Below, piece after piece: positions 10,755 to 20,589 of a DNA stretch of 64,000 bases. The position numbers and the translations under genes are program-made. Each line of letters starts with the position of its first letter. Position 1 is the first letter of the stretch. Origin of the DNA: an uncultured Verrucomicrobiae bacterium (GTDB taxonomy: Bacteria > Verrucomicrobiota > Verrucomicrobiia > Palsa-1439); assembly GCA_963812605.1 (NCBI GenBank), contig CAWEWF010000006.1:1-64000 (forward strand), in the 5' to 3' direction. The notes beneath the pieces were generated by a model. That model saw only the letters and a program-made list of their open reading frames with translations, was not told where the DNA came from and searched no databases.

Positions 10755-11564
10755 CTATTTCACCTTGAGTTTCGAGATATCGAAGGCGGGCTTGGGAAAC
10801 TTCGGGTTCAGGCGTTCGAGCGTCTCGACGATGATCTGGGAGACCGCGAGGTTGCGGAACCATTTCTTGTTCGACGGGATCACGAACCAAGGAGCCGTCG
10901 CAGTGCTGCATCGGGCCAAAACGGCCTCGTACGCTTTTAAGTAATCGCCCCAGCGCTCTCGCTCCTTGAGATCCGCGGGACTGATTTTCCAGTTGTGGGT
11001 CGGATCCTTGAGCCGCGCCTCCAGTCGCTCTTTCTGCTCCTCTTTGCTGATGTGCAGGAAGAATTTCAGGATCGTCACGCCGTTTTTACCCAGTAATTTC
11101 TCGAAGGTATTGATCTCGTCGTAACGCGCGGACCAGACGGATTTCGGCACGAGTTGGTGCACGCGAACCACCAGGACATCCTCATAATGCGAGCGGTTGA
11201 AGATACCAATTTCACCGTGTGCGGGCGCGGCTCGATGAATGCGCCAGAGAAAATCATGGCTGGCCTCCTCGGCCGAAGGCACCTTGAATGAGGTCACGCG
11301 GCAACCTTGTGGATTCAATCCGGACATCACGTGCCTCACGGTGCCGTCCTTCCCACTGGCATCCATGCCCTGCAAAACGATTAACATGGCGCGCCGGTTC
11401 TCGGCGTACAGCCGATACTGCAAGTCCTCCATCCGCGAGATATTTTCCTCCAAACGGGCATGGGCTTTGTCGCCCTTGTTGAAACCGGCGGTGTCATCAG
11501 GGTCGAACTCGCCCAATTTTATTCGCGCGCGCGGTTTCACCAGGAAGCGTTCGCCAAGTTTCAT
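10755..11564 (-). CDS. ppk2: polyphosphate kinase 2 family (polyP:nucleotide phosphotransferase)
   Basis: LQGMDASGKDGT, FNRSHYEDVLVVRV, KFFLHISKEEQ. Confidence 0.92.
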   Translation of the reverse strand: MKLGERFLVKPRARIKLGEFDPDDTAGFNKGDKAHARLEENISRMEDLQYRLYAENRRAMLIVLQGMDASGKDGTVRHVMSGLNPQGCRVTSFKVPSAEEASHDFLWRIHRAAPAHGEIGIFNRSHYEDVLVVRVHQLVPKSVWSARYDEINTFEKLLGKNGVTILKFFLHISKEEQKERLEARLKDPTHNWKISPADLKERERWGDYLKAYEAVLARCSTATAPWFVIPSNKKWFRNLAVSQIIVETLERLNPKFPKPAFDISKLKVK

Positions 11565-11595
11565 AAGCTCTGTCCCTTTCTCTTTCGCAAGGCCG

Positions 11596-12580
11596 TCATC
11601 CCTCCACTTCGCCGACGATTTCCTCGACGATATCTTCGATGGTGAGGATGCCCACATGCTTGCCTTCGGGATTGATGACGATGCTGATCGGACGGCGGCC
11701 GGCCCGCAGAACCGGAAGGACGCGGTTGACGCGCTCCGTCGAGAGCACGAATTGCGGTTTTTGCATGAGTTGCCCGGCGGTTTTTCCGTCGCTCCCAACA
11801 TTCTCAAAGAGGATTTCGTAGACGTTGACGATCCCGACAACTTTGTCACCCTCACTGACAGGGAAGCGGGCGAAGCCGGTGCGCTCGGAAACCTCCAGGA
11901 GGTTTTTCACGGGCGTATCGCGCATGACAGTAACGGCCCGGGTGAGCGGCAACATGATGTCGTAAACCGTCTTGTAGGGGAAATCGAAAACGCCGTCGAT
12001 CATCTCGCGTTCCTCCGCGCTGAGCGCGCCGCCCGCCTCCCCTTCCTTGGCGAGGTGTTTCAATTCTTCGCGGGTGACAAAAAAACTTTTCGGCGCCTCG
12101 GTGCCGCCGCTGAGGCGAACGACCGCGCGCATCACGAACCCGAGCAGCACCACGAGCGGAGCAAACAACCACGCCGTCGCATTCAACGCGTCGGCGATGG
12201 TCATGCAAAGACGGTGCGAGATAATGGCGGAAGAGCGTTTTGGGGACAATTTCCCCAATCACCAGCAGGAACGCCGAGGCGACAATCGTCGCGGCAAAGT
12301 CGAGCCAGAAGTTATCGAATTGGAAAAGGCGTGTCACGAGCACCGAGGCGTAGACGCCGACCAGCACGTTGGCGAGGTTGGTTCCAAACAGCGTCGTGCC
12401 CAGCAAGCGTTCGGTATTTTCGACGAACCCGTTCAGGATGATCGCGCGGCGGCTCTTGCGCTCGACCTCATGGCGCAAGCGGACGCGGTTCAAGGAGATC
12501 AGGCCCGTTTCCGCACCCGCAAAGAATGCCGAGCCGAGAATGCCCAGGACAATAATTACCAGATAGTTGGCAGTCTCCAT
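11596..12580 (-). CDS. CNNM/hemolysin-family CBS-domain membrane protein (frameshift near 12220)
   Basis: SAFFAGAETG, GEIVPKT, CBS pair, GILTIEDIVEEIVGE. Confidence 0.88.
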
Positions 12581-12581
12581 T

Positions 12582-13842
12582 TCAGCTTCCCTTGACCTCC
12601 AGCAGGACTTCGCCGACGCGATTCTTCAGGACTTTGCGGGCGGTGGCGCGAACGTTTTCGAAATACACCCGGTCCCCTTCCTTCGGCAACGCCCCGAGTT
12701 GCGCAATCACCCAGCCGGCGATGGTCTCGACGTTCGGGCGCTTGCAGCGCCAAACCGCACTGCTCGTTGACCAGTTCCAGCCGCGCTTTGCCGTTGATGA
12801 GATAGCGGCCCTCATCGAGCTTTTGCACCATGATCTCGCTTTTGTCGAATTCATCTTCGATCTCGCCGACGATTTCCTCGAGAACATCTTCCAGCGTGAC
12901 CATCCCCTGCGTCCCGCCGTACTCGTCGACCACGATGGCGACGGGATGCTCCTGTTTGCGGAAGTTTTTCAGCAGCTTGGCGACGGACATCGTTTCCGGC
13001 ACAAAATTCGGCAACTCCACGACTTCGTCGAGTTCGCGCAACGGATTAATCAGGAAGTCCTTGACCCTGAGGATGCCTTCGACGGTGTCCGGCGTTTCAT
13101 GAATGATGGGCACGCGCCGGTGTTTGATGTGGCGCAAGACCCCGGCCATCTCGTCGGGCTGGAGCGTATCCTCCACGCATTGCATGTCCACGCGCGGGGT
13201 CATGATTTCCTTTACCTGCATTTTTTCCAGCGCGAGGATTTTATTGACCATATAGCGCTCTTCTTTGCGAACGACACCGGCGTGTTCGCTGGCGGTGAGC
13301 AACGTGCGGTACTCGTCTTCCGTCGGCGCGGCGGAGCGCGCCTTCTGCGCCGAAAAATACGGCAGCCGCTCGATCCGCTGGACGATCCACGCGGACACCG
13401 CCTCGATCGTGTGGCGGAGTTGGGAAGTTGAGATGACTGTCCAACGGATGGGCCGGGCGAGGTGGAGGGCGAAAAACCCGGCGCTGCGGATGACCAGGGT
13501 CTTCGGTGTGACCTCGCCGCAAAGGAGGATCACGATGGTCATTACCGGCACGGCGACCGCCTCGGCATGCCGCGAGAGAAGCGTCCGAAAGATCGCGTAA
13601 CCGAGAATGGCGGCGGCGACGTTGGCCACGGTATTGCCGAACAGGATGGTCGAGAGTAATCGATGCGGCTGGTCGAGAAGTTCGCTGATGATCTGCCCCT
13701 GGGCGGGATGTTCCTGCCGCAGCCGGCGGAGTTGCAGTTTGCTCAACGAGAACAGTGCGATCTCGGTTCCCGAGAAAAACGCCGACAGGACCAGGAGTCC
13801 TCCCAGCGCGAGCAGTTGGAGAATCAGCGTAATCGTGAGCAT
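12582..13842 (-). CDS. CNNM/hemolysin-family CBS + CorC/HlyC protein (frameshift near 12735)
   Basis: SAFFSGTEIALFSL, GEVTPK, MTPRVDM, VVDEYGGTQGMVTLEDVLEEIVGEI; C-terminal ETIAGWVIAQLG lies in a second frame. Confidence 0.9.
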
Positions 13843-13865
13843 GAGCGCCGGCGCGAGTCTACGAG

Positions 13866-13892
13866 ACTTCCGCCGTCGGCGTCAATCGCACG
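13866..13892. repeat. 27-bp direct repeat, copy 1 (contains -35 TTGACG of the CNNM operon promoter)
   Basis: ACTTCCGCCGTCGGCGTCAATCGCACG, identical at 14975-15001. Confidence 0.95.
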
Positions 13893-13979
13893 GCAAGGCG
13901 ATCCACGAGGGATAGATCCAGCGTCACGGACGGGTTCAGCAGCTCGCGGACCCGAGCCAGCGAGACGACGACAGTTCTC

Positions 13980-14020
13980 AAAAACCAAAGAGCCGTCGAC
14001 CCATCGGTCGAGCGGCTCTC
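13980..14020 (-). terminator. intrinsic terminator of the PEP-CTERM gene
   Basis: GAGCCG-TCGAC..GTCGA-G-CGGCTC hairpin followed on the minus strand by TTTGGTTTTT. Confidence 0.65.
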
Positions 14021-14041
14021 TGAATCGGAAACGGATGCTCC

Positions 14042-14809
14042 CTATTTTCGTCGTCGGCAAACCGCCACCAAGCCCGCCAGTGCCACCACCACCAGCCCCT
14101 GCGAGGCGGGTTCGGGAACGGTCTGCACCATGATGCTGGCCGGATCGACCACGAATGTAAGGCTGCCCGTGACCACCAGCGTGGAATTGGCACCGAGCGC
14201 GGGCAGGTTCGGGTTAACGGGAACACCCACGACGGAAATACCGCTGAACGGGCCCGGGGTGTTGTAGAGCCAGTTGTAATTCACGGTGTCAACGAAACTG
14301 CCGACTCCCGCGGCATTAATGGCAAAGTAGTTAATGTAGCCGGAAAGCGAAGCGTAACTGGTGGACGCCGGCTGAACCGTGCCGCTGATCAGAAAGTTCG
14401 GGTATTGCACGGCCGCCGCTGGCAATCCGCCGGCGCCAATCTGGTATTGGACGCCGAATTGGACATTCAACTGGGCGAAGCCGGTGTTACCGCTCGGTTG
14501 CGTCAGCGTAATATTGTTCAACAGGATCGGGTAAGTGGACGGGCCGAAACCGCTGGCATCCAGAACGCCGTTGGCAAAATCCAGCGTGGTCGGGTCCGTC
14601 TGGGACAAAGACACGGGTGCGCCAGTCCACGGGCTCGAGCCCAGGCTATACGTGCTGCCGGGAAGGAGACTGGGGTTGAGAGAATTGACGTCGTTAAACG
14701 TGATCGTGCCGTATGAGCTTGCAGGGTTGATGGTCGTGATCTGCGCTTCAACGGAACCGGCAACAAGCAAGGCACACGTGATGAAAAACCTCAGCAAGGT
14801 ATTCTTCAT
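14042..14809 (-). CDS. PEP-CTERM surface protein
   Basis: Signal peptide MKNTLLRFFITCALLVAGSVEA; C-terminal VPEPASQGLVVVALAGLVAVCRRRK. Confidence 0.92.
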   Translation of the reverse strand: MKNTLLRFFITCALLVAGSVEAQITTINPASSYGTITFNDVNSLNPSLLPGSTYSLGSSPWTGAPVSLSQTDPTTLDFANGVLDASGFGPSTYPILLNNITLTQPSGNTGFAQLNVQFGVQYQIGAGGLPAAAVQYPNFLISGTVQPASTSYASLSGYINYFAINAAGVGSFVDTVNYNWLYNTPGPFSGISVVGVPVNPNLPALGANSTLVVTGSLTFVVDPASIMVQTVPEPASQGLVVVALAGLVAVCRRRK

Positions 14810-14974
14810 GATTGGATCCCCCGCGTTTTTTGTGATTTCCAAACTCGCTTTGGAAATTCACCCGCCAGCCGTCCTTGTAAACCTTCAGGCCTTCCAAAAG
14901 CAAGGTAAATCTCGGGATGAATTCAACTGAATTGCCCAAGACAATAGGTGCGTCTCGCAAAACTATTCAATGAA

Positions 14975-15001
14975 ACTTCCGCCGTCGGCGTCAATCGCAC
15001 G
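14975..15001. repeat. 27-bp direct repeat, copy 2
   Basis: Identical to 13866-13892. Confidence 0.95.
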
Positions 15002-15035
15002 ACCGAACCGCCGGTTTCGGGCGAGACGCCCGCAG

Positions 15036-16109
15036 TCACTTCGTCGGGGCTTGCACGGGCGCGGTTTCGACCGCCGGCGTGGGAGGCGGTAGTGGTATGA
15101 GAATTTCAACCTTCGCCTCTTTGCGCAGGCTCGCGATCTGGTCCCGGGTAACATCGGCTCCCTTGCGCTGCTTCAAAAACTGTGCCAGATCGTCTTTCAC
15201 CTGCTCGAAGGGGACGATCTGCGCTGGCTTCCGGTCCGTGACCATCAGGATGTGATAACCGTATTGCGTGGTAATGACGTCGCTGATTTCGTTCGTCTTC
15301 AGCGAAAACGCCGCGGTATCGAATTCCGGCACCATCTGGCCGCGCCCGAAAAACCCGAGATCACCGCCGTTTGCGGCGCTGCCGGGATCCTCGGAAAACT
15401 TCTTGGCGACGTCCGCGAATTTCTCGCCGTTCTTGATCAGCGTATGCACGCTGTCAATCTGCGTGCGCTTCTCTTTTTTCACGTCGTCGCTCGCATCCGG
15501 GGGGACACGAATGAGGATATGGCTGGCGCGGACCGTCTCGGGCTGTTTGAACTGATCGGGATTCTTGTCGTAAAACGCCCGCACCTCCTCGGGGGAGATT
15601 TTTACTTCCTTGTCGACAATGCTCTGAACCGCGTCGCGAATAATAACATTATCACGGACCCGTTTGGCATAATCGTCGGGGGTAATACCGGTTTCCGCGA
15701 GTGCTTTCTTGAGTTGTTCTTCGCCGCCAGCCTGGGCCGTCACCTGGGCGATCTGTTCCTGCACCTTCTTGTCAATGTCCGCGGGAATACGTTTGCTGCC
15801 TTCCTGCAAGAGCAGTTGGCGTCCGATCAACTCATCCAATATGTCCCCCTCCGTCCCCGCTCCCTGGCCCGGCGCAGCGGAGCGCCCCCGTCGGGACATT
15901 TGGTACGCATACGCCTGCATCGCCGCATCGAGTTCCTTGCGCTTGATTTCCGCGCCATTGACTCGGGCCACCACTTCGCCAGACTTCGAATTGGTCGAGA
16001 TGATGGGGGCATTGGTTTGAGCAGGGCCCTGCGACTTGTCGGCGGCAAATGTCCGGCAAGCGAGGCTGACCGCCATGGCAAACGTGACGAAAACGACGCG
16101 GATCTTCAT
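15036..16109 (-). CDS. PpiC/PrsA/SurA-type peptidyl-prolyl isomerase
   Basis: VVARVNG, VRASHILI, FSEDPGSAANGGDLGFFGRGQMVPEF, TQYGYHI. Confidence 0.93.
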   Translation of the reverse strand: MKIRVVFVTFAMAVSLACRTFAADKSQGPAQTNAPIISTNSKSGEVVARVNGAEIKRKELDAAMQAYAYQMSRRGRSAAPGQGAGTEGDILDELIGRQLLLQEGSKRIPADIDKKVQEQIAQVTAQAGGEEQLKKALAETGITPDDYAKRVRDNVIIRDAVQSIVDKEVKISPEEVRAFYDKNPDQFKQPETVRASHILIRVPPDASDDVKKEKRTQIDSVHTLIKNGEKFADVAKKFSEDPGSAANGGDLGFFGRGQMVPEFDTAAFSLKTNEISDVITTQYGYHILMVTDRKPAQIVPFEQVKDDLAQFLKQRKGADVTRDQIASLRKEAKVEILIPLPPPTPAVETAPVQAPTK

Positions 16110-16310
16110 GAATTCCTTGTGGGTAATGTGGTTCCTTCTCCGTCCTAAAGTGCGGGGGACGCTAACACGCAGCCCCCACTGCGTCAAGCAACATTGAACC
16201 AACCAAATCCGCTTATCCCTCTCCCGCCGCGTCCCCACAAATCATTTCCCTCCCGCCAAATTCTCCCAATCCCGCGAAGTTATGCGTTAAGGACGTTGAG
16301 TGTTGAGCGT

Positions 16311-17396
16311 TCAGGTGTTCTTCACCGTTTTCCATTCCTGCCAGTCCTTCACCGTGGCCTTGGTCATGGCCCGGCTGGCATCGCGCAACCATTTCGCCGG
16401 TCGTTTCCTCAAATCCCGCATGATCTTCCTGACGGCCTTCTGGCTCCCGCAGTGCACATTCGCCGATTCCCATCCCATTTCATAAAACAACCGCAACTCA
16501 TCCCATTGCTTCGGCAACGAAGACAACTCGATCCGCGAACAATCGGGTGCCAGCCGCCGCACGACCCACCGACCACACTTCCGCACAAAAGGATCACGGC
16601 AACGAACCGCCCGCTCCAGCGCGTCCTGGTAAAGAACCTCGTGCTTGATTTTGCCACCGGCCGCCCACGCATAGGCTGAGGTCAACAGGGCTTTGGCTTC
16701 GCGGGCGATCTTGCCGCCCTGCCAATCCGCAATGGCCGTGTAGCGCTCTCGTCCCAGACTCCCGATCCCCGCCGTGCGCTGCGCCACGCGGTATTTCACA
16801 TTCGCATCCGGCATCAGCCTCTCAATGGCCTTGATGGCGCTCCGCGGGACACGTCGTTTGAGTTTGGGTAACTGGCTCATCTTGTCCCAGAACCGGAGTG
16901 GATCACGGGCCTCGCTGGTCGCCAGTTCGCGCAACCAGTGATGATGTTCCCCCAGTACAATCGGGCATCCACCCGCCTTCAACGCATCCCGGTACCCGGT
17001 CAGGATCGAATCACAAGCACTGGTCGCGTCGGCGCGGAGGTGGTCGGCCTCGATGGCCAGACGCGCGCTCGCAGCCAGCCGCACCAGGTCCAGGGTGTAC
17101 GGCATCACGGCTACTTCATCGAAATCATTGATACCCCACACCAGCCGCCCGTCGCGGTCCCGCCAGGTGCCGAAATTCTCCACATGCAGGTCCCCGACGG
17201 CAAGAACCGCCGGGCTCCCGGCAAGATCGGGACAAATCTCCGGCCAGAGTTGACACCAGCGGTAGAACGTCGCCCGCAAAAAGGGAAACACCGCCTGCCT
17301 CATCAACTCATGCTTCAACCGCAGATCTTCCGCGATCAACGGGATCTGACTTTTTAGCCAGCCCTCGTATTTGTCAGTCGCCTTGTGGATGTTCAC
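16311..17396 (-). CDS. DUF2252 family kinase-like protein
   Basis: FPFLRATFYRW, AVGDLHVENFGTW, WGINDFDE, AGIGSLG. Confidence 0.85.
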   Translation of the reverse strand: MNIHKATDKYEGWLKSQIPLIAEDLRLKHELMRQAVFPFLRATFYRWCQLWPEICPDLAGSPAVLAVGDLHVENFGTWRDRDGRLVWGINDFDEVAVMPYTLDLVRLAASARLAIEADHLRADATSACDSILTGYRDALKAGGCPIVLGEHHHWLRELATSEARDPLRFWDKMSQLPKLKRRVPRSAIKAIERLMPDANVKYRVAQRTAGIGSLGRERYTAIADWQGGKIAREAKALLTSAYAWAAGGKIKHEVLYQDALERAVRCRDPFVRKCGRWVVRRLAPDCSRIELSSLPKQWDELRLFYEMGWESANVHCGSQKAVRKIMRDLRKRPAKWLRDASRAMTKATVKDWQEWKTVKNT

Positions 17397-17462
17397 CGTT
17401 TCACTCCGCTTGGACGATAATTGCAGATTTTCCTAATTACATTATGCTCGTCCGGCGTGGAC

Positions 17463-17868
17463 TACTAAATGAAGATGTCGTTGTTCAAGCAGTTGAGGCG
17501 GCTTCTTCCAAAATAGAACGCAGCGATTTCCAAGGCAACCAACTTGTCGAAGTCGACCCGAACCAAAGATTTGCCTAATCTCGCGGCGAAAGTGGTCCTG
17601 TTGCGCAGCGCTGCAGTCTGCAATACCAGTCCGGCTTTCGGCCTTTCAAAGTTCCTGTTCGATCAAGCGTTATCAGTGCATTGCTAATGTCTTGTGCCAA
17701 ATGCTCGGTCCAAATGACTTCGCAATTCTTTCCCGGTGGGCTAAAGGCTACCAGTTGAAATTCACAGTCTTGGGGCCATCCCGAAGCTTTTAGTTTCACT
17801 CCATGGTTGGTTTCGATGATCGTTTTTCGTTTGAAATCGGTTTTGGTTGAAATAGCCAAGTCAAGCAT
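17463..17868 (-). CDS. hypothetical AT-rich protein (probably frameshifted near 17640)
   Basis: 97-aa ORF with a plausible continuation in another frame (...RLGKSLVRVDFDKLVALEIAAFYF). Confidence 0.4.
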
Positions 17869-17894
17869 CGCGTTTTTCTCAGTCCTTTCTGTCC

Positions 17895-18660
17895 CTATAC
17901 ACTAGCCAGCCAAGAAACGTGAACCAGTACTCTCTCTTTCTTCGTGAAGCGAAGCCTGCCAGATAGCGGGTTTTGGAAGATTTCGTGAAACGGCTCTTCC
18001 CGGAAGTTCTTTACGACAAAAAGAAAGAATCGATTTGTCAATTTCGTGGCGACTTCATGTTCCTTTGGTGTCAGTGAAAGACTTCCCATTCGGTCCTTTA
18101 AACCTTTGACCTCGACGGCCAGGAAATCTTTCTTCGTTGGAGTTTGCAGTCGAAAGTCATACCCGCACCCGAGACGCGTTGTGTTTTCAACGGTATAGCC
18201 TTTGAATTGAGCGAGGCCCTGGCCGAACCGATTCAAAATACTGTTCTGCGGCCAAGCCGGTAATCAGTCTCTTGGCGAAGAAGGATTCAGACTCGTGCTT
18301 TCCGTCTTTGGCCTTCACTTCGCTCAAGATGTTTTCGTCGTATCCGACGAAGGATTCGACCAAACCGGTGAATGTTGCGAAATCCAAACGTTTGTATTCC
18401 TCAAACACTTTAAGGCAGTAGTCGCGAGTGGGGCGTTTATGCCAGCCTTTTCTGCGATGTGAGACCAAAGGATCGAACTCGTCACGATAATTCTTTATAG
18501 AGGCAGGCTTTCCTCCCAACGCGTAGCCAATGACGTTGAACGCTTCCGCGAAGCTTTCAAAGCCAAGCTTTTTCAAGCCGGCCGCATCGTATTTCGAGAG
18601 ATACAGGCCCGAGAGGATTAGCTTTTCTCTGCCCGCGATTCGTTGCGGATTCAGTACCAT
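17895..18660 (-). CDS. DUF3883/NOV-C type PD-(D/E)XK nuclease-domain protein (frameshift near 18222)
   Basis: TGLAAEQYF...GCGYDF...AVEVKG...LTPKEHEVA...FFLFVV. Confidence 0.75.
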
Positions 18661-18709
18661 ATCTTCAGCGTCGCGTGGTGTCAGATGAGCATGTTCTCGC
18701 GTTTCACGT

Positions 18710-18907
18710 TCATTTCCTATACAGAATCACTCGCTGACCTTCAAACACGAAATCGGGCTTACCGGCCAAGCGCTGATTACGACGCCAACCGGTAATGCTA
18801 TTTACTCGTAAAATCGAAATGAGCTTCAGTTCGGTGGCTCTGTTACCCGTTGAGCGTACCGCCGCCATAACTTGCGAACGCTGCTTTCGAGAGAAAACAT
18901 CCGTCAT
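18710..18907 (-). pseudogene. vsr: truncated very-short-patch repair endonuclease
   Basis: MTDVFSRKQRSQVMAAVRS..TEL..LAGKPDFVF; stops before the FVDGCFWHG motif. Confidence 0.8.
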
Positions 18908-19494
18908 TCATGTCCTTTCAAATGGCAGAACTGCATGGTGGTGCCGGATTTCGTTCCATGACAACGGCATTGGCGGATAATAGCAAAGTCGGTACGCAGG
19001 TCGAGCGTCGGATTCCGGCCGCTTTCCCGTTTCCGCTTCCCACCTCCGCCCTTCGTCTCCTCCTTGGTATCATCCTGCCGCCTCTTCTTCGGTGCCAGAG
19101 CCTGATACATATCTATCAGATGTATCGACCCCCAACGCCCCAACCCGCCTCCCTCCCGTCTCGTCCGCCGAAGCGGCTTCGCGAAGCCTCCGTGTCTCTG
19201 TGGTTCATCCTGCCGGCAGCGTCTCGTCTGCCGTAGCGCTTCGCGAAAGAGGATTCCCTTTCGTGCCCTTCATGTCTCCTTTGGGCCCTTCGTGCTACTG
19301 CCTTCCCGCTCCCCGTGCGACCCCTCCAATCCCCAGTCCAAAATCCAAAATTGCCCGCCCCCTTGGCTACTGGCTGCTTCCCTACCCTGTCGCGCCGTAG
19401 GCTTGGCGAAGGCGGATGGCCGCTTTTTTCATCGCCCCTTGAATATTTCCCCATCGGTAGTAGTCTAATTATGTAAGCAGAAATGGAGTGCGTC

Positions 19495-20193
19495 ATGAAA
19501 CAAACAGCAAAATTTCTCGTAATCGCGGCGCTGGCCCTTGGCACCAGCTTTTTAGGCACAAACACCTTCGCGCAAGGCGGTCACTTTGGCGGTGGATTCG
19601 GCGGTGGATCCCACGGTGGAGGTTTCCATGGCGGCGGCGGATTTGGAGGCGGTTTTCACGGCGGTGGCGGTTTCCGCGGCGGGTTCGGAAACCGCGGATT
19701 CTTCCCGTGGGGCTTCTCGTTTTACTACGCCGCTTCACCCTACTACTACCCCTACTACCCGTACTATTATTATCCACCGCCCGCTTACTACGCGCCGACC
19801 TACTATTCGCCACCGGCGGTCTACAGTTCGCAGCCGACCTATGTCTACGACTCACCGCCAGCCCCAACCGTAACGGACACTTCGCCACAACCGGATGGTG
19901 ATCGTCCGCTTTCACCGACCGCTGTGGACAGAGATTCGCCTCCGCCGCCACCGCCATCACTGGCCCAACCGCCACCGCAAATCCTGCGCGGCGGTCCTGG
20001 TCAATCGATCAGCGTGGAAAACGTCAAGGCGCTGTCAAAAGCCGGCCTCAGCGATGAAGTCATCATCAGCCACATCCGCAATTCCGGGGCGGTGTATCAC
20101 CTGAGGACCGCCGAGATCATCGACCTCAAGAACAGCGGCCTCAGCGACAAAGTGATCGACTTCATGATCAACACCCCCGGCGCGTATCGCTGA
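19495..20193 (+). CDS. secreted Gly-rich / Tyr-Pro-rich low-complexity protein with small C-terminal helical domain
   Basis: Signal peptide, GGGFHGGGG repeats, YYYPYYPYYYYPPP, C-terminal VKALSKAGLSDEVII..IIDLKNSGLSDKVIDFM. Confidence 0.85.
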   Translation: MKQTAKFLVIAALALGTSFLGTNTFAQGGHFGGGFGGGSHGGGFHGGGGFGGGFHGGGGFRGGFGNRGFFPWGFSFYYAASPYYYPYYPYYYYPPPAYYAPTYYSPPAVYSSQPTYVYDSPPAPTVTDTSPQPDGDRPLSPTAVDRDSPPPPPPSLAQPPPQILRGGPGQSISVENVKALSKAGLSDEVIISHIRNSGAVYHLRTAEIIDLKNSGLSDKVIDFMINTPGAYR

Positions 20194-20223
20194 ACTAAAA
20201 AAGGGAGAATTGACCATCCATGC

Positions 20224-20289
20224 TGTAGGCCGACTCTGTGAGTCGGCGAGTTTTCCAAGGATTTCGCCGCTTCGCAGAAGCGGCCTACA
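20224..20289. repeat. GTAG-type REP doublet
   Basis: TGTAGGCCGACTCTGTGAGTCGGC...GCCGCTTCGCAGAAGCGGCCTACA. Confidence 0.75.
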
Positions 20290-20589
20290 ACTCGAAAAAC
20301 TTTTTTAGCGATTTACTGGGCGTCTCGCCCGTTGACCCCGCCCTCTCCTCCTTTCCCCCTTCGTGTTACCGCCCTTCCCTTCGCCCTTGGCTGCTCGGCT
20401 ACTTGGTTACTCGGCCCCCTGTTTTCCGTCTCCCCGATTTCTTCCTAGGGGCCAACGCGTATTTGGAAACCCGGAATTTGCTCGACACTCACACGGCACT
20501 TTGGTTTAGTCCGCCCTTGTAGAAGCGGAGAGGCTGGCGTCCCGTCCGCGTTTTCTCTGACCGCCTGCAAGAGTCGCAGAAAGCCAACC

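Noticed and set aside
18904-19020. C-terminal remnant of a C5 methylase (NAVV) upstream of vsr
   Set aside because: Only a 4-residue resemblance to motif X; insufficient support.
19000-19480. CRISPR array or ncRNA in the pyrimidine-rich intergenic mosaic
   Set aside because: No regularly spaced identical repeats, only short degenerate repeat fragments, and no cas genes.
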